The translations under genes were made by a program, and so were the position numbers. The notes beneath the pieces are model-generated. The model ran no database searches and had not been told where the DNA came from. It saw nothing but the letters and a program-made list of their open reading frames with translations. A stretch of 41,670 bases of DNA from a virus, in the IMG/VR virus record IMGVR_UViG_3300045988_129826, one strand, 5' to 3'. Below, piece by piece: positions 9,064 to 17,778 of the stretch. Position 1 is the first letter of the stretch; every line of letters starts with the position of its first letter.

Positions 9064-9630
9064 TTATTTTCTTAATTGATTATTAAAAATTGCATCCATA
9101 AATTGCTTTGCTGAATCTCCTTTTTCTTGAGGAGGTTCTCCTCCTGGATTAAATCCACTCCCTCCTGGAGCTTCTTCTATAAATGACTTAGGATCATTTT
9201 TTTTCATTTCATCTAAAAATTCCTTACCCCCAATCCAACCATCATTTTCAAATTTAAGCCCTGCCTTTTCAAACTGTGTCAAAGCCCCTATTCTAGCATT
9301 TTCAGAACTAAATTCATATTCACTAAATAACTTATCCATTGCTTTAGATTGTTTAAATCGTAAAGCTTGAGCCTCTATTTTCGCATCATTCTCTTTTACA
9401 AGAGCCTCAGCTTGTTCTTTAGTAAAGCCACCTTCAAAACTCTTGATAGTATCACCTTGAATTTTAATTTGTTCTTCTAGCTCTAACTTTTGAGTTTTAA
9501 GCTTATTATATCTTTCATCTGCATTTTCTAATGAAGTTTCATAAACTTTATTTTCCTTCATAGAAGTTTGTATTGCGTTTATTTGATCATCTGTAAGTCC
9601 TTGAGCTTTTAATATTTCTAATAACTTCAT
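9064..9630 (-). CDS. Scaffolding protein
   Basis: 188 aa, highly charged coiled coil, located immediately upstream of the capsid gene. Confidence 0.7.
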   Translation of the reverse strand: MKLLEILKAQGLTDDQINAIQTSMKENKVYETSLENADERYNKLKTQKLELEEQIKIQGDTIKSFEGGFTKEQAEALVKENDAKIEAQALRFKQSKAMDKLFSEYEFSSENARIGALTQFEKAGLKFENDGWIGGKEFLDEMKKNDPKSFIEEAPGGSGFNPGGEPPQEKGDSAKQFMDAIFNNQLRK

Positions 9631-9738
9631 AATATCCTCCTACGCTTTTTACGTGTTTGCATCACTAGAGTTTTTCTATATCCTGTTCTTTTACATCTAT
9701 CAGTAATAGAATAAAAGATAATTTATTGCATAATAAAA

Positions 9739-9758
9739 ACACCTACATAAGTAAGTGT
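9739..9758 (-). terminator. Intrinsic terminator-like hairpin after the head morphogenesis gene
   Basis: Minus strand reads acacttac-ttat-gtaggtgt (8 bp with one G-U) followed by tttttatt. It begins at the stop codon. Confidence 0.45.
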
Positions 9759-10549
9759 TAATTATACTTCTCTATATAAACACTAATTCTGTGTCTACAG
9801 CGTGGATGTATATTGTTATATCCCTTATTAAATCCTGGTATAGTATTTAGTTTAGGATATCTTTTATCATCTCCACTTATAGAATATATCTTGCCTTCGT
9901 ACTTTTGACATACTGGGCATGCACTTTTATGTTCTGACATTATAACTAAATCCTTTTTATACTCCTTTGCTACATTTAAAATACTTGTATTTTGAGTTTC
10001 TGCAACAATGGATCTAGCTAATAATTCAGCATAAACAGTAAAAGGAATAACTCGACCTCTTTTATCAGTTATCCCTCCGATACCTTCATTAACTAAAGTT
10101 TCTCTAAGCTCTTTTTGTAACTCTTTAATAGTTTGGCCTGTTGCAAATTTAAGTTGAGCATTAGTTAGACCTATATCTCGTATAGTGTCCTCTATTTTTC
10201 TACCAACTTGATTATTAACCTCTGAAAAGTTATTTACTAAATTCTCAGTTAATATATCTATTGCATCAGTATGTAATGATGTGAATCCATCTTTTATATT
10301 AGCTATTTCTAATAACTCTAAAGATTTTTCATAAGCTTCTAGATATAATTCCTTGACTATATCTTTAGATAGCTTTGATGTTTTGACTTGTAATTTCATT
10401 AATTCAAGCTTAACTTGCTTCAATAAAGACTCATAAAAATCTGTTACTTGACCTTTTGCAGTCTTAGTACTAATTATATTTATAAGTCTTTTTTCGGCTC
10501 TTATATATAATTTAATGAGTTGTTTTATATTTCTGTCATAAGATTTCAA
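9758..10549 (-). CDS. Head morphogenesis protein (SPP1 gp7 / Mu F family)
   Basis: 263 aa. The C-terminal CPVCQKYEGKIYSI...HPRCRHRI motif is typical of the Phage_Mu_F domain. Located after the portal. Confidence 0.8.
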   Translation of the reverse strand: MKSYDRNIKQLIKLYIRAEKRLINIISTKTAKGQVTDFYESLLKQVKLELMKLQVKTSKLSKDIVKELYLEAYEKSLELLEIANIKDGFTSLHTDAIDILTENLVNNFSEVNNQVGRKIEDTIRDIGLTNAQLKFATGQTIKELQKELRETLVNEGIGGITDKRGRVIPFTVYAELLARSIVAETQNTSILNVAKEYKKDLVIMSEHKSACPVCQKYEGKIYSISGDDKRYPKLNTIPGFNKGYNNIHPRCRHRISVYIEKYN

Positions 10550-10857
10550 TATTTAACCACTTGCCAATCTTCTGCTAACATATCTGTTTGAGAAGCTAAC
10601 CAAGGCACTCTATCTTTAGGCGCATCAGGATTGTTAGTTTCTAAACCTGTTGTATCTATGAATATATACGGGTGTGTCATTTTACTATATTCATCAGGTC
10701 TTTGTAATTCTATAAATATACCTTTGCCATTCCAACCCTTTCTTCTAACTTTAAATCCTTTTTTAAGATATTTTAAAGCTATTCCAAAATCAAAACACAT
10801 ATCTACTTCTACATTTATAGTTAAATTCATATCGCTTATTTTAGCCATTGTTCTCAT
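10546..10857 (-). CDS. DUF2829-family protein (Tad2-like candidate anti-Thoeris sponge); true start may be an internal Met
   Basis: The core ALKYLKKGFKVRRKGWNGKGIFIELQ...HPYIFIDT...VPWLASQTDMLAEDWQVV matches the DUF2829 signature (KGxKVxRKGWNGKG ... WxASQxDxLAEDW). Confidence 0.65.
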   Translation of the reverse strand: MRTMAKISDMNLTINVEVDMCFDFGIALKYLKKGFKVRRKGWNGKGIFIELQRPDEYSKMTHPYIFIDTTGLETNNPDAPKDRVPWLASQTDMLAEDWQVVKY

Positions 10858-10865
10858 CCTCGCTA

Positions 10866-11129
10866 CTATAGAATAATCTTTTTATTTTTCCATTTTTTAT
10901 AAGCATCAAAATAAACTTCATTATTATCTCCATTGTAAGTCATTTCATAGTACATTCCATCACTTACAGTTGTAGATAATAATGCTTTGTTATTTTGAAG
11001 TGTTTTGCAATTCCATACAACGAATACATCGTCTGTAGTTAATTCAAAATTATCAGTCTTGTCGCACTCATTGTTAAAGTATTTAACTATTTCTTCTTTG
11101 CATATATCTATAAATTTATTCGTTTCCAT
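10866..11129 (-). CDS. Hypothetical small protein (87 aa from the ATG at 11129)
   Basis: GGAGGA lies 8 nt upstream of the ATG at 11129, which overlaps the portal stop. Sequence METNKFIDICKEEIVKYFNN...YYEMTYNGDNNEVYFDAYKK. The longer tracked ORF (to 11165) overlaps the portal. Confidence 0.5.
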   Translation of the reverse strand: METNKFIDICKEEIVKYFNNECDKTDNFELTTDDVFVVWNCKTLQNNKALLSTTVSDGMYYEMTYNGDNNEVYFDAYKKWKNKKIIL

Positions 11130-12588
11130 TATTCTCATCCTCCATTTCTTCTTTACTATAATCAAAGTTCATATTTGATAATGGATTATTATTTACTTCA
11201 TCTTGTTTTATAGCTTCTATTTCCTTGGCCGTATCTTCATCTGATAAGCCATCTAATCTTTGTATAGCACTATATTGACTTAGAGTTGATTTATTTCCAG
11301 TTCTTATAGCCATTACCTCAGCTTCTTCTTTTGGATCACCTGGTAAACCATCATTCCAGAATATATTAATTTTTTCTTTAGATAAATCAATGATATCTTC
11401 TCCACCAAGTTGACTGCAAAGCTTTATAGCCTTTTTAATGCCTGCATCAAACCTCATTCTGACTCTATTAGTTTTAGCTAAAGGACTTATCATCATTCTT
11501 CTAAGAGCTGTTCCACTAGCTATTTGACCAGTTTTAGCTTCATTATCAAATATAGCACTTCCCATTTCAGATACTACAGATAAGATATTTATAAGCTTTT
11601 CTATTATTTTAAAGTTTGCTTCTAGTTGTGCATCCCATGTAATATATTCAACTGGTGGATCTTCTACTGTATCCCTAGGGAAATAGTTCCCCATCTTTAA
11701 TTGCCACTCTCCAGTATGAGGATTTCTTACTAATGCACTAGACGGTCCTTGTACACTCGGTTCTGCATGTTTATCTAATATCTTAGATATTTGGCTTATT
11801 CTAACTTCTAATTCAGATATAATACTGTCTAAATCTGAATAATCATCAATTCCATATACTCGATCACTTGTAAGTAAGTTATGTATTGGAACTATAGCAA
11901 AGTCATTTAAACCAGTATTAACTCTTTTTAATTCTTCATATACATTATTTATTGTATCTTCATTATCATTAAGTTTATAAGTTATAGTCTCATAAAATCC
12001 TTTAGAGTGTATCTCCACATATAGATAATGATCATACTCTTGCTTAGTTCTTCCAAAGAAGCTAGAATTAGGTTTTAAAACCTTATATGTATGAGCTAAT
12101 ACATGATGCTTTATTTTTCTAATATTTCTAGGCTCTACAACTTTAAAATAAAAAGATGGTTGAGTTATATCAATTACTCCTTTGCCTTCTTCATCTTTGT
12201 AAACATTTAAAATACTATCTCCGTATCTAGATAAATCTATTGCACTAGCATAACAAGTATTAATTAAGTCACTATTTTCCGATATATTATCTAAACATAT
12301 TTGCTCCTTACTATCATCATCACCACAAGTTATTTTAGGAGGTTCTCCTAGTAAGAAGTCAGCTATCTTTAAGCTAATTAACTTCTGAAAATTAGCTATA
12401 ACATGATAGCTAACTACATTCTCAAAGTTTCCTATAACCCTAATAATTCTTTTAAAACTTTCTTTATATACTTCTTCATGCTCACCTTCAAATATACGTT
12501 TATGCCTCATATATTTTTCAAGTCTTTTTTCTTCTCCTGGAGGTGGCCAAGGTTGTCCTACCTTCAAGAATTCTAAACTAGTTAACAT
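11116..12588 (-). CDS. Portal protein
   Basis: 490 aa, directly after the terminase, with an acidic C-terminus. The N-terminus LKVGQPWPPP...RLEKYMRHKRIFEGEH is typical of SPP1-type portals. Confidence 0.8.
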   Translation of the reverse strand: MLTSLEFLKVGQPWPPPGEEKRLEKYMRHKRIFEGEHEEVYKESFKRIIRVIGNFENVVSYHVIANFQKLISLKIADFLLGEPPKITCGDDDSKEQICLDNISENSDLINTCYASAIDLSRYGDSILNVYKDEEGKGVIDITQPSFYFKVVEPRNIRKIKHHVLAHTYKVLKPNSSFFGRTKQEYDHYLYVEIHSKGFYETITYKLNDNEDTINNVYEELKRVNTGLNDFAIVPIHNLLTSDRVYGIDDYSDLDSIISELEVRISQISKILDKHAEPSVQGPSSALVRNPHTGEWQLKMGNYFPRDTVEDPPVEYITWDAQLEANFKIIEKLINILSVVSEMGSAIFDNEAKTGQIASGTALRRMMISPLAKTNRVRMRFDAGIKKAIKLCSQLGGEDIIDLSKEKINIFWNDGLPGDPKEEAEVMAIRTGNKSTLSQYSAIQRLDGLSDEDTAKEIEAIKQDEVNNNPLSNMNFDYSKEEMEDENNGNE

Positions 12589-12600
12589 ATTACCACCTCC

Positions 12601-14319
12601 TTAACAGTTAATATTAATAGGACCTTTACTTTTATTATTTATAATATGCTCTAATGCATATCTAACAGCATCTATGTGATGATTCTCTTTATCTGGATAT
12701 CCAGATATAACTTCTCCATCTTTAGTTCTTTCATATTCATATTCTAAAAATTCTGTAGCAGTATAAGGGCATCTAATATTATCTATTACTATCTCATTTA
12801 AAGAAACTAACCATTTCATAGAATAGTCCACACTTCCAGGACCTTTTCTAGCTCCTCTAGCTGATAACCCATAATTCTTATAATCTTGTATTGATTTCTT
12901 TTCAGCGCTATCACAGGTTATTATATCTGCTGGAGTTACACCTTTCTCATTAACTAATATTTCATAAGTATCTTTATTTGATTTTTTATTTTCTCTAGCT
13001 TCATCATATATATATAACTTATTTTGACTCGGATTATAATACATTTTATTCCATGTCCAAGGATCAGGAAACCATCCCCAGTCAACACCCATATATATTC
13101 TATCAAACACATCTATTTCATCATCGGTAATTTCTCTAATAATAACATTGTCAAATACATTCCCACCATTACCATTAGCAATACCTAAATATTCATGTTC
13201 ATATGATTTCGGGTTAATTTCTTTTAAGTGTTCTGCTTCTTCTATAAATGCTTTACCTAGCCATTTCTTAGGCACTTGAGTATAATTACTATGATTAAAA
13301 TATCTATTCTTTTTCGGCACTTTAACATATTTATTAGCCCAATTATTAGCAGTCTTAGGAGGGTTAAAACTTTTAAATATATAGGCTTTATCTCCACCTC
13401 TTACTACAGATTGCTCTATAGTTCTAACAGCTTCTGGTCCTTTAAATTGGTCTAACTCCTCAAACCATAATATTCCTAAATACCCACTCTTAACTTTAAT
13501 ACCTTTTAACTTAGTAGGTTCATCAGCACCTCTAAAGTAAATCTTTTGTCCTGTAGGTTTATATGTTATTTCTAAAGGAGAATAGGTGCACTTAAATTCT
13601 TCTGTCAATTCTAATGATTCTATAGCCCATTGTATTTGAGCGAATACTGAATCTCTTAAAGTATTTGCTACTTGCCTTACTATTACTGCATTAAGCTCTG
13701 GATTATTTTTTATAAGCTCAATTATTTTAAGTGATATAAAAGAAGATTTAGTTGACCCTCTACCTCCACTAAATACATACTCAGTAAAAATATTTTCTTC
13801 AAATTTATGTAAAGCTTCAACAAAAGCTGGAGAAATTACATTCCAAGGTAAAGCAAAAGATTTATCATCAACTTTAATATCTTCTTCAGTAGCCTTCTTT
13901 ATTTCCAAATCCATTTTCATTTCTTTTAATCTTATTTCTCTATCATTAAATAAGTAATATCTTTTAGCTAATAATTCAGAAGCTTTAATTTTATCTTTAG
14001 CATCTAACTTTTTATCTACTATTTCAATTTCAGTTATAAAATCACCTGCGCTTTTAGTAACAACAACTTGCTCTGTCTCTTCATCTCTTATAACCCTAGT
14101 AAGATATTGTAAAACTTCTTCAGCCTTAGCTATTCTATTACTCGATATTTCTTCCATTTTTTCTTCTATATATTGCTTAATGTCTAGTTTTGACAAGTTC
14201 TCACTTGCTATCCTGTTTAAATTATTACCTTTATACCCTGCCTTTTGAGCAGCTTCTGTGGCGTTGCCTAACTCTATATAGTAATCTGCAAACGCCTTCT
14301 GTTTTGGTGTAAGCTTCAC
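12601..14319 (-). CDS. Terminase with small-subunit (Terminase_2-like) and large-subunit (PBSX/Terminase_3-like) parts fused in one ORF; GTG start
   Basis: Aa 1-130 read MKLTPKQKAFADYYIELGNATEAAQKAGYKGNNLNRIA...KIKASELLAKRYYLF, which is TerS-like. From about aa 150 the sequence reads YVFSGGRGSTKSSFISLKI (Walker A), then a nuclease half. No stop between the two parts. Confidence 0.8.
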   Translation of the reverse strand: MKLTPKQKAFADYYIELGNATEAAQKAGYKGNNLNRIASENLSKLDIKQYIEEKMEEISSNRIAKAEEVLQYLTRVIRDEETEQVVVTKSAGDFITEIEIVDKKLDAKDKIKASELLAKRYYLFNDREIRLKEMKMDLEIKKATEEDIKVDDKSFALPWNVISPAFVEALHKFEENIFTEYVFSGGRGSTKSSFISLKIIELIKNNPELNAVIVRQVANTLRDSVFAQIQWAIESLELTEEFKCTYSPLEITYKPTGQKIYFRGADEPTKLKGIKVKSGYLGILWFEELDQFKGPEAVRTIEQSVVRGGDKAYIFKSFNPPKTANNWANKYVKVPKKNRYFNHSNYTQVPKKWLGKAFIEEAEHLKEINPKSYEHEYLGIANGNGGNVFDNVIIREITDDEIDVFDRIYMGVDWGWFPDPWTWNKMYYNPSQNKLYIYDEARENKKSNKDTYEILVNEKGVTPADIITCDSAEKKSIQDYKNYGLSARGARKGPGSVDYSMKWLVSLNEIVIDNIRCPYTATEFLEYEYERTKDGEVISGYPDKENHHIDAVRYALEHIINNKSKGPININC

Positions 14320-14344
14320 AACGCCCCTCCTTTTCTATAATAAA

Positions 14345-14369
14345 AAAGAACCCTATAAAAGAGTTCTTT
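14345..14369 (-). terminator. Intrinsic terminator-like hairpin between the YfbU-like gene and the terminase
   Basis: Minus strand reads aaagaac-(11 nt)-gttcttt followed by ttttttatt. Only about 20 nt separate it from the terminase RBS AAAGGAGGGG. Confidence 0.5.
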
Positions 14370-14376
14370 ATACTAG

Positions 14377-14895
14377 TTATTCTATTATGTATTGAATATT
14401 CACTAATGTTAGTGAGTCATATCTACCATTTCTTACTTCTTTCCAACGACTTAACATTCTGCTATATCTATTAATCATATTGCTATGAGAATTTATAGCA
14501 TAATGTTCAGATTCTTTAAGTTCATCAAATCTTCCTAAATCCTCCAAGAAAAACCTAGCATATACATAATAATCAATTTCTTCATTACCATCAAAACCTT
14601 TAAAACTTATATCGTATAAATCAATATTGCATTTTTCTTCTTCATCTAATTCTATATAAGAATTGTTTAAAGTTCTATACATTTGTAATACATCAATTAC
14701 AAATTCTGATACTTCAACTGGAGTTTCATCCATAAAACCATTTACTAAGTCGTTATAATTAGCTTTAAATCCATTAATAACTATCTCTTGTTTCACATTG
14801 TAATATTCTACTTCATCTGGATCTAGTCTTTTTAGTATCTCATACTGATTGTACAGAGTTAATCTTTCTTTTTTTGTTAATTCCATAATTAACAC
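14377..14895 (-). CDS. YfbU (UPF0304)-family protein
   Basis: 172 aa. ERLTLYNQYEILKRLDPDE...INGF...VLQMYRTL...FKGFDGNEE.DYYVYARFFLEDLGRFDEL...RYSRMLSRWKEV parallels E. coli YfbU along its full length, from memory. Confidence 0.6.
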   Translation of the reverse strand: MLIMELTKKERLTLYNQYEILKRLDPDEVEYYNVKQEIVINGFKANYNDLVNGFMDETPVEVSEFVIDVLQMYRTLNNSYIELDEEEKCNIDLYDISFKGFDGNEEIDYYVYARFFLEDLGRFDELKESEHYAINSHSNMINRYSRMLSRWKEVRNGRYDSLTLVNIQYIIE

Positions 14896-14918
14896 ACCTC
14901 GCTTTCAATTATGAAATT

Positions 14919-15107
14919 CTACTTTATTCGAGGTTTTCCTTCTTTTTTATTTATATTTTTTAAATTTATTTCAACTTTTTCAAACTTAGGTTTCTTCTTC
15001 ATTTCACATTCAAACTTCCATAACTTTTTAGGAACTTCTGCTTGCTTAATAATTTCATTTGCATCCTTCCAAACTTTAGCCACATCTAAAACCCCTTTTG
15101 AATACAA
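14919..15107 (-). CDS. Hypothetical Lys-rich small protein (TTG start)
   Basis: Minus-strand ORF of 62 aa. The overlapping plus-strand ORF is Phe-rich antisense noise. Weak start signals. Confidence 0.3.
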   Translation of the reverse strand: MYSKGVLDVAKVWKDANEIIKQAEVPKKLWKFECEMKKKPKFEKVEINLKNINKKEGKPRIK

Positions 15108-15300
15108 TTTAAATACTAAAAAAGACCCACACGTTAAATGTATGAGTCCTTCTCAATATTCAATAGAAACTTAAATAATAACTTTTGAAAACGTAGCTTT
15201 ATTACAAAAAGGCTACTCCTTTCATACCAATAAAGATATTATTTTTTATTTGGCGCAAGTTGTAGGAGTTGCACCTACCAATACTCTTACTTGCATGTTA

Positions 15301-15324
15301 GGTAGGAGGGGAGTCCTACCTTTT
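15301..15324 (+). terminator. Plus-strand-oriented hairpin + T-run in the intergenic region
   Basis: ggtagga-ggggag-tcctacc followed by tttt. No plus-strand gene lies upstream. Confidence 0.35.
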
Positions 15325-15441
15325 AGAGAAATATACATTAGGGGAATTCGAGATTATATATATGTATCTATATTAGTATTATCTCATATATAACCCCCTA
15401 AAAAATCTTTATTTTGTTGTTAAAGTGTTGTTTTTTGACTT

Positions 15442-15915
15442 TTATTTTAATAAAGGTAAATCATCATATGTCGGATATAGCATTCCAATTATTTTATGTA
15501 CTATTTTTTCTCTAAATGTATATAGATAACTTCTATCCATGTGCATTTTTATAGATATGTACTTCATATTATTTTTACTTTTACTGTTATAGAATAAATT
15601 AAAGAAATCTGTTTCTATAATATCTAAGCAAGTTAAAGCATTTTCTATTTTCTTTTTTTCTATCTCTTTTTCTAACTTAGCTTTCATTAACTTAGCTATC
15701 TTCTTTTCTTTTGCTATAACTTCATTTTCAACAGATCTGTTTATATTATAAGTTACACCAGTACGTTCATCGTAACTTATAGCCCCACATCCTCTATAAT
15801 CATTTTTTATTTGCTCTATGTCTAATTCTAAGCTATTTATTTGGATCTCTAAGTATTTATAGTTATGAAGTCTAGCTTCTGTTTCTCTAAATAATTTCTT
15901 TTTATCTGTAGTCAT
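15442..15915 (-). CDS. Late-gene transcriptional activator (RinA/ArpU-like, sigma-region-4-like)
   Basis: 157 aa, the last early gene before the packaging module. The N-terminus ETEARLHNYKYLEIQINSLELDIEQIK is typical of the RinA/ArpU family. Confidence 0.55.
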   Translation of the reverse strand: MTTDKKKLFRETEARLHNYKYLEIQINSLELDIEQIKNDYRGCGAISYDERTGVTYNINRSVENEVIAKEKKIAKLMKAKLEKEIEKKKIENALTCLDIIETDFFNLFYNSKSKNNMKYISIKMHMDRSYLYTFREKIVHKIIGMLYPTYDDLPLLK

Positions 15916-15937
15916 TGTAATTCCCCCTTAAGTCTAT

Positions 15938-16297
15938 TTATAAATTTATATATTCTAATATAGTGTTTTTAGCTTCCTCAAATCCTACACATACCTTTGC
16001 ATAGTATCCTTGATGATTTAGTTCATTAATCCATATCTTTTGTTTTTCAGAAGCTTTATTTTTGCCGTACTTAAGTTCTATAAATAATCCATGATACTTA
16101 CCGTTTGAGTAAGGTAAGAATAGATCAGGAACTCCGGCCTTAAGCCCCTGTTTCTTTAAGTTTATTGCTTCTAATCTATGTCTGCTCCCACCATTAGGAA
16201 TTGCAAATAATAAGCTTAACATAGGATACTTACCCTTTTGCAATTCACACCACTGAAATAACATACTTTGTTCTAATGCTTCACCCTTCATATTCAA
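15938..16297 (-). CDS. VRR-NUC domain nuclease
   Basis: 119 aa. The segment GVPDLFLPYSNGKYHGLFIELKYGKNKASEKQKIWINEL carries the PD-(D/E)xK VRR-NUC signature. Confidence 0.75.
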   Translation of the reverse strand: MNMKGEALEQSMLFQWCELQKGKYPMLSLLFAIPNGGSRHRLEAINLKKQGLKAGVPDLFLPYSNGKYHGLFIELKYGKNKASEKQKIWINELNHQGYYAKVCVGFEEAKNTILEYINL

Positions 16298-16385
16298 TCT
16301 CCTATTTTCATTCAGTTATCATTATCAATATATCGACCGAGAGCGACTATTAATCTACCTCAGTCGATACCAAATTATTGTTTTA

Positions 16386-16544
16386 TTACCTTATTAGTTC
16401 TTTTCTAGTTTTAATAAAAATAATGTCTTTATCTTTTATATTATGCTTACTTACAAAGTGATCCATTTTTGGGTAATCTAAGAAAAATCTATCAATAACA
16501 GTTTTACTGTCTAATCTAACTCTAATCCAAAATTTATGTTTCAT
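16386..16544 (-). CDS. Hypothetical small protein (52 aa)
   Basis: Hand-translated MKHKFWIRVRLDSKTVIDRFFLDYPKMDHF... It fills an otherwise empty gap in the operon. Confidence 0.3.
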   Translation of the reverse strand: MKHKFWIRVRLDSKTVIDRFFLDYPKMDHFVSKHNIKDKDIIFIKTRKELIR

Positions 16545-16583
16545 TAAACTAAATCTCCCTTTTACTTCAATAAATGAATTATT

Positions 16584-16772
16584 TTATCTGTAATCTTCTA
16601 GTTTTTCATCTATAATTTCTATTGCACCTTTTAAGTTTCTTATGGTTAAATTCAATCCATAACTTACACTATTTTGTAAGTCATTTTCACTTTCTAACTC
16701 TATTTTATCTTGCAGTATTTCTTCTAAACATAATCTTGTTATTGCTAGATTTTCCATATTTATATTGCTCAT
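16584..16772 (-). CDS. Hypothetical protein
   Basis: 62-aa acidic ORF in the early operon, with an RBS-like AGGAGAA upstream. Confidence 0.4.
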   Translation of the reverse strand: MSNINMENLAITRLCLEEILQDKIELESENDLQNSVSYGLNLTIRNLKGAIEIIDEKLEDYR

Positions 16773-16808
16773 AATATTCTCCTTTTCTAAATAAAAATTA
16801 TATTTTAA

Positions 16809-17099
16809 TTAGAATCTATCATTTTCTAAATCTATTAAAATATATCTTAGTACATTTGTTATATTGTTAAATTCGTTTACCTTATCTGTCATATGTTTAA
16901 TCTCTTGATTTGAGCATTTTTTATTATAACCCATTTCCATTGACAAACTTAATATTTGGTAATCATAAAAATCTATTATTCTTTTTATAAACTTACGTTT
17001 AATTGATTTAATCATATTCACTTTATCACTTCCTTTTAAAACTTTGATTTTATTTAGAATATTAATGAATAAATGTCCTAAAATTGTCTCAAAGGACAT
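16809..17099 (-). CDS. Hypothetical protein
   Basis: 96-aa ORF in the early operon. Confidence 0.4.
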   Translation of the reverse strand: MSFETILGHLFINILNKIKVLKGSDKVNMIKSIKRKFIKRIIDFYDYQILSLSMEMGYNKKCSNQEIKHMTDKVNEFNNITNVLRYILIDLENDRF

Positions 17100-17126
17100 T
17101 TATTTGTACATTCTAAAACTCCTCTT

Positions 17127-17486
17127 TTAAACTAACAATTCTGGATTTTCGTATATATTTCCTATTACTTTACACTTATTGTATATTTTACCTACAAAAT
17201 AATCTCCTGCTCTATATATCCCAAAGTGATATTCTACTTTTTCAGTTATTATTTCATCTTCAACATTTGAATAAAATTCAACTATATCGCCTTCGTATAT
17301 CTCAGTTCCGTTACTATCTTTAATACCTGTGTATTGCATCAATGTATATAAATATAAAGGTCTTACATCATCTTTGGTGTTTACATAGCAATCATTCCCT
17401 AGATGCGAGTATGATACTATTAAATTATCTTGGTCATACATAATATTTTCTTCTTTATTCCATGCTCTAAATTTTATATTTCTCAT
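17127..17486 (-). CDS. YopX-family protein
   Basis: MRNIKFRAWNKEENIMY...TGIKDSNGTEIYEGDIV...VIGNIYENPELL is a classic YopX signature. Confidence 0.8.
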   Translation of the reverse strand: MRNIKFRAWNKEENIMYDQDNLIVSYSHLGNDCYVNTKDDVRPLYLYTLMQYTGIKDSNGTEIYEGDIVEFYSNVEDEIITEKVEYHFGIYRAGDYFVGKIYNKCKVIGNIYENPELLV

Positions 17487-17530
17487 AACTTCCTCCTATG
17501 CTCCCGACATTAATGCGGTACCAAATTATT

Positions 17531-17761
17531 TTATATATTAAATTCTTTCTTAATATCTAACATTACTTCTATAACATTGTGATATCTTTGTTCTATCAAA
17601 TTAGGATTTTCTATTATCAATTCTCTAATCTTAGATTTAAAGTTATCAGTCTTTTCTATTTTTTCTTGAATATCTTGCTCAAATCTATCAAGATTACTAA
17701 AATATTTACTATCAACTGCTCCATTTTTAGCAATTTTACTCATTTGTGAATACCTGCTCAT
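17531..17761 (-). CDS. Hypothetical protein
   Basis: 76-aa ORF in the early operon. Confidence 0.4.
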   Translation of the reverse strand: MSRYSQMSKIAKNGAVDSKYFSNLDRFEQDIQEKIEKTDNFKSKIRELIIENPNLIEQRYHNVIEVMLDIKKEFNI

Positions 17762-17778
17762 ACTCTACACCTAAATTT

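Noticed and set aside
14911-15174. 87-aa plus-strand ORF
   Set aside because: It is the Phe-rich antisense of the Lys-rich minus-strand ORF 14919..15107 and has no RBS. The minus-strand reading is kept, though only at low confidence.
15241-15330. Possible tRNA or tRNA fragment in the structured intergenic region
   Set aside because: There is no cloverleaf, no T-loop consensus (GTTCRA) and no acceptor pairing, only simple hairpins.
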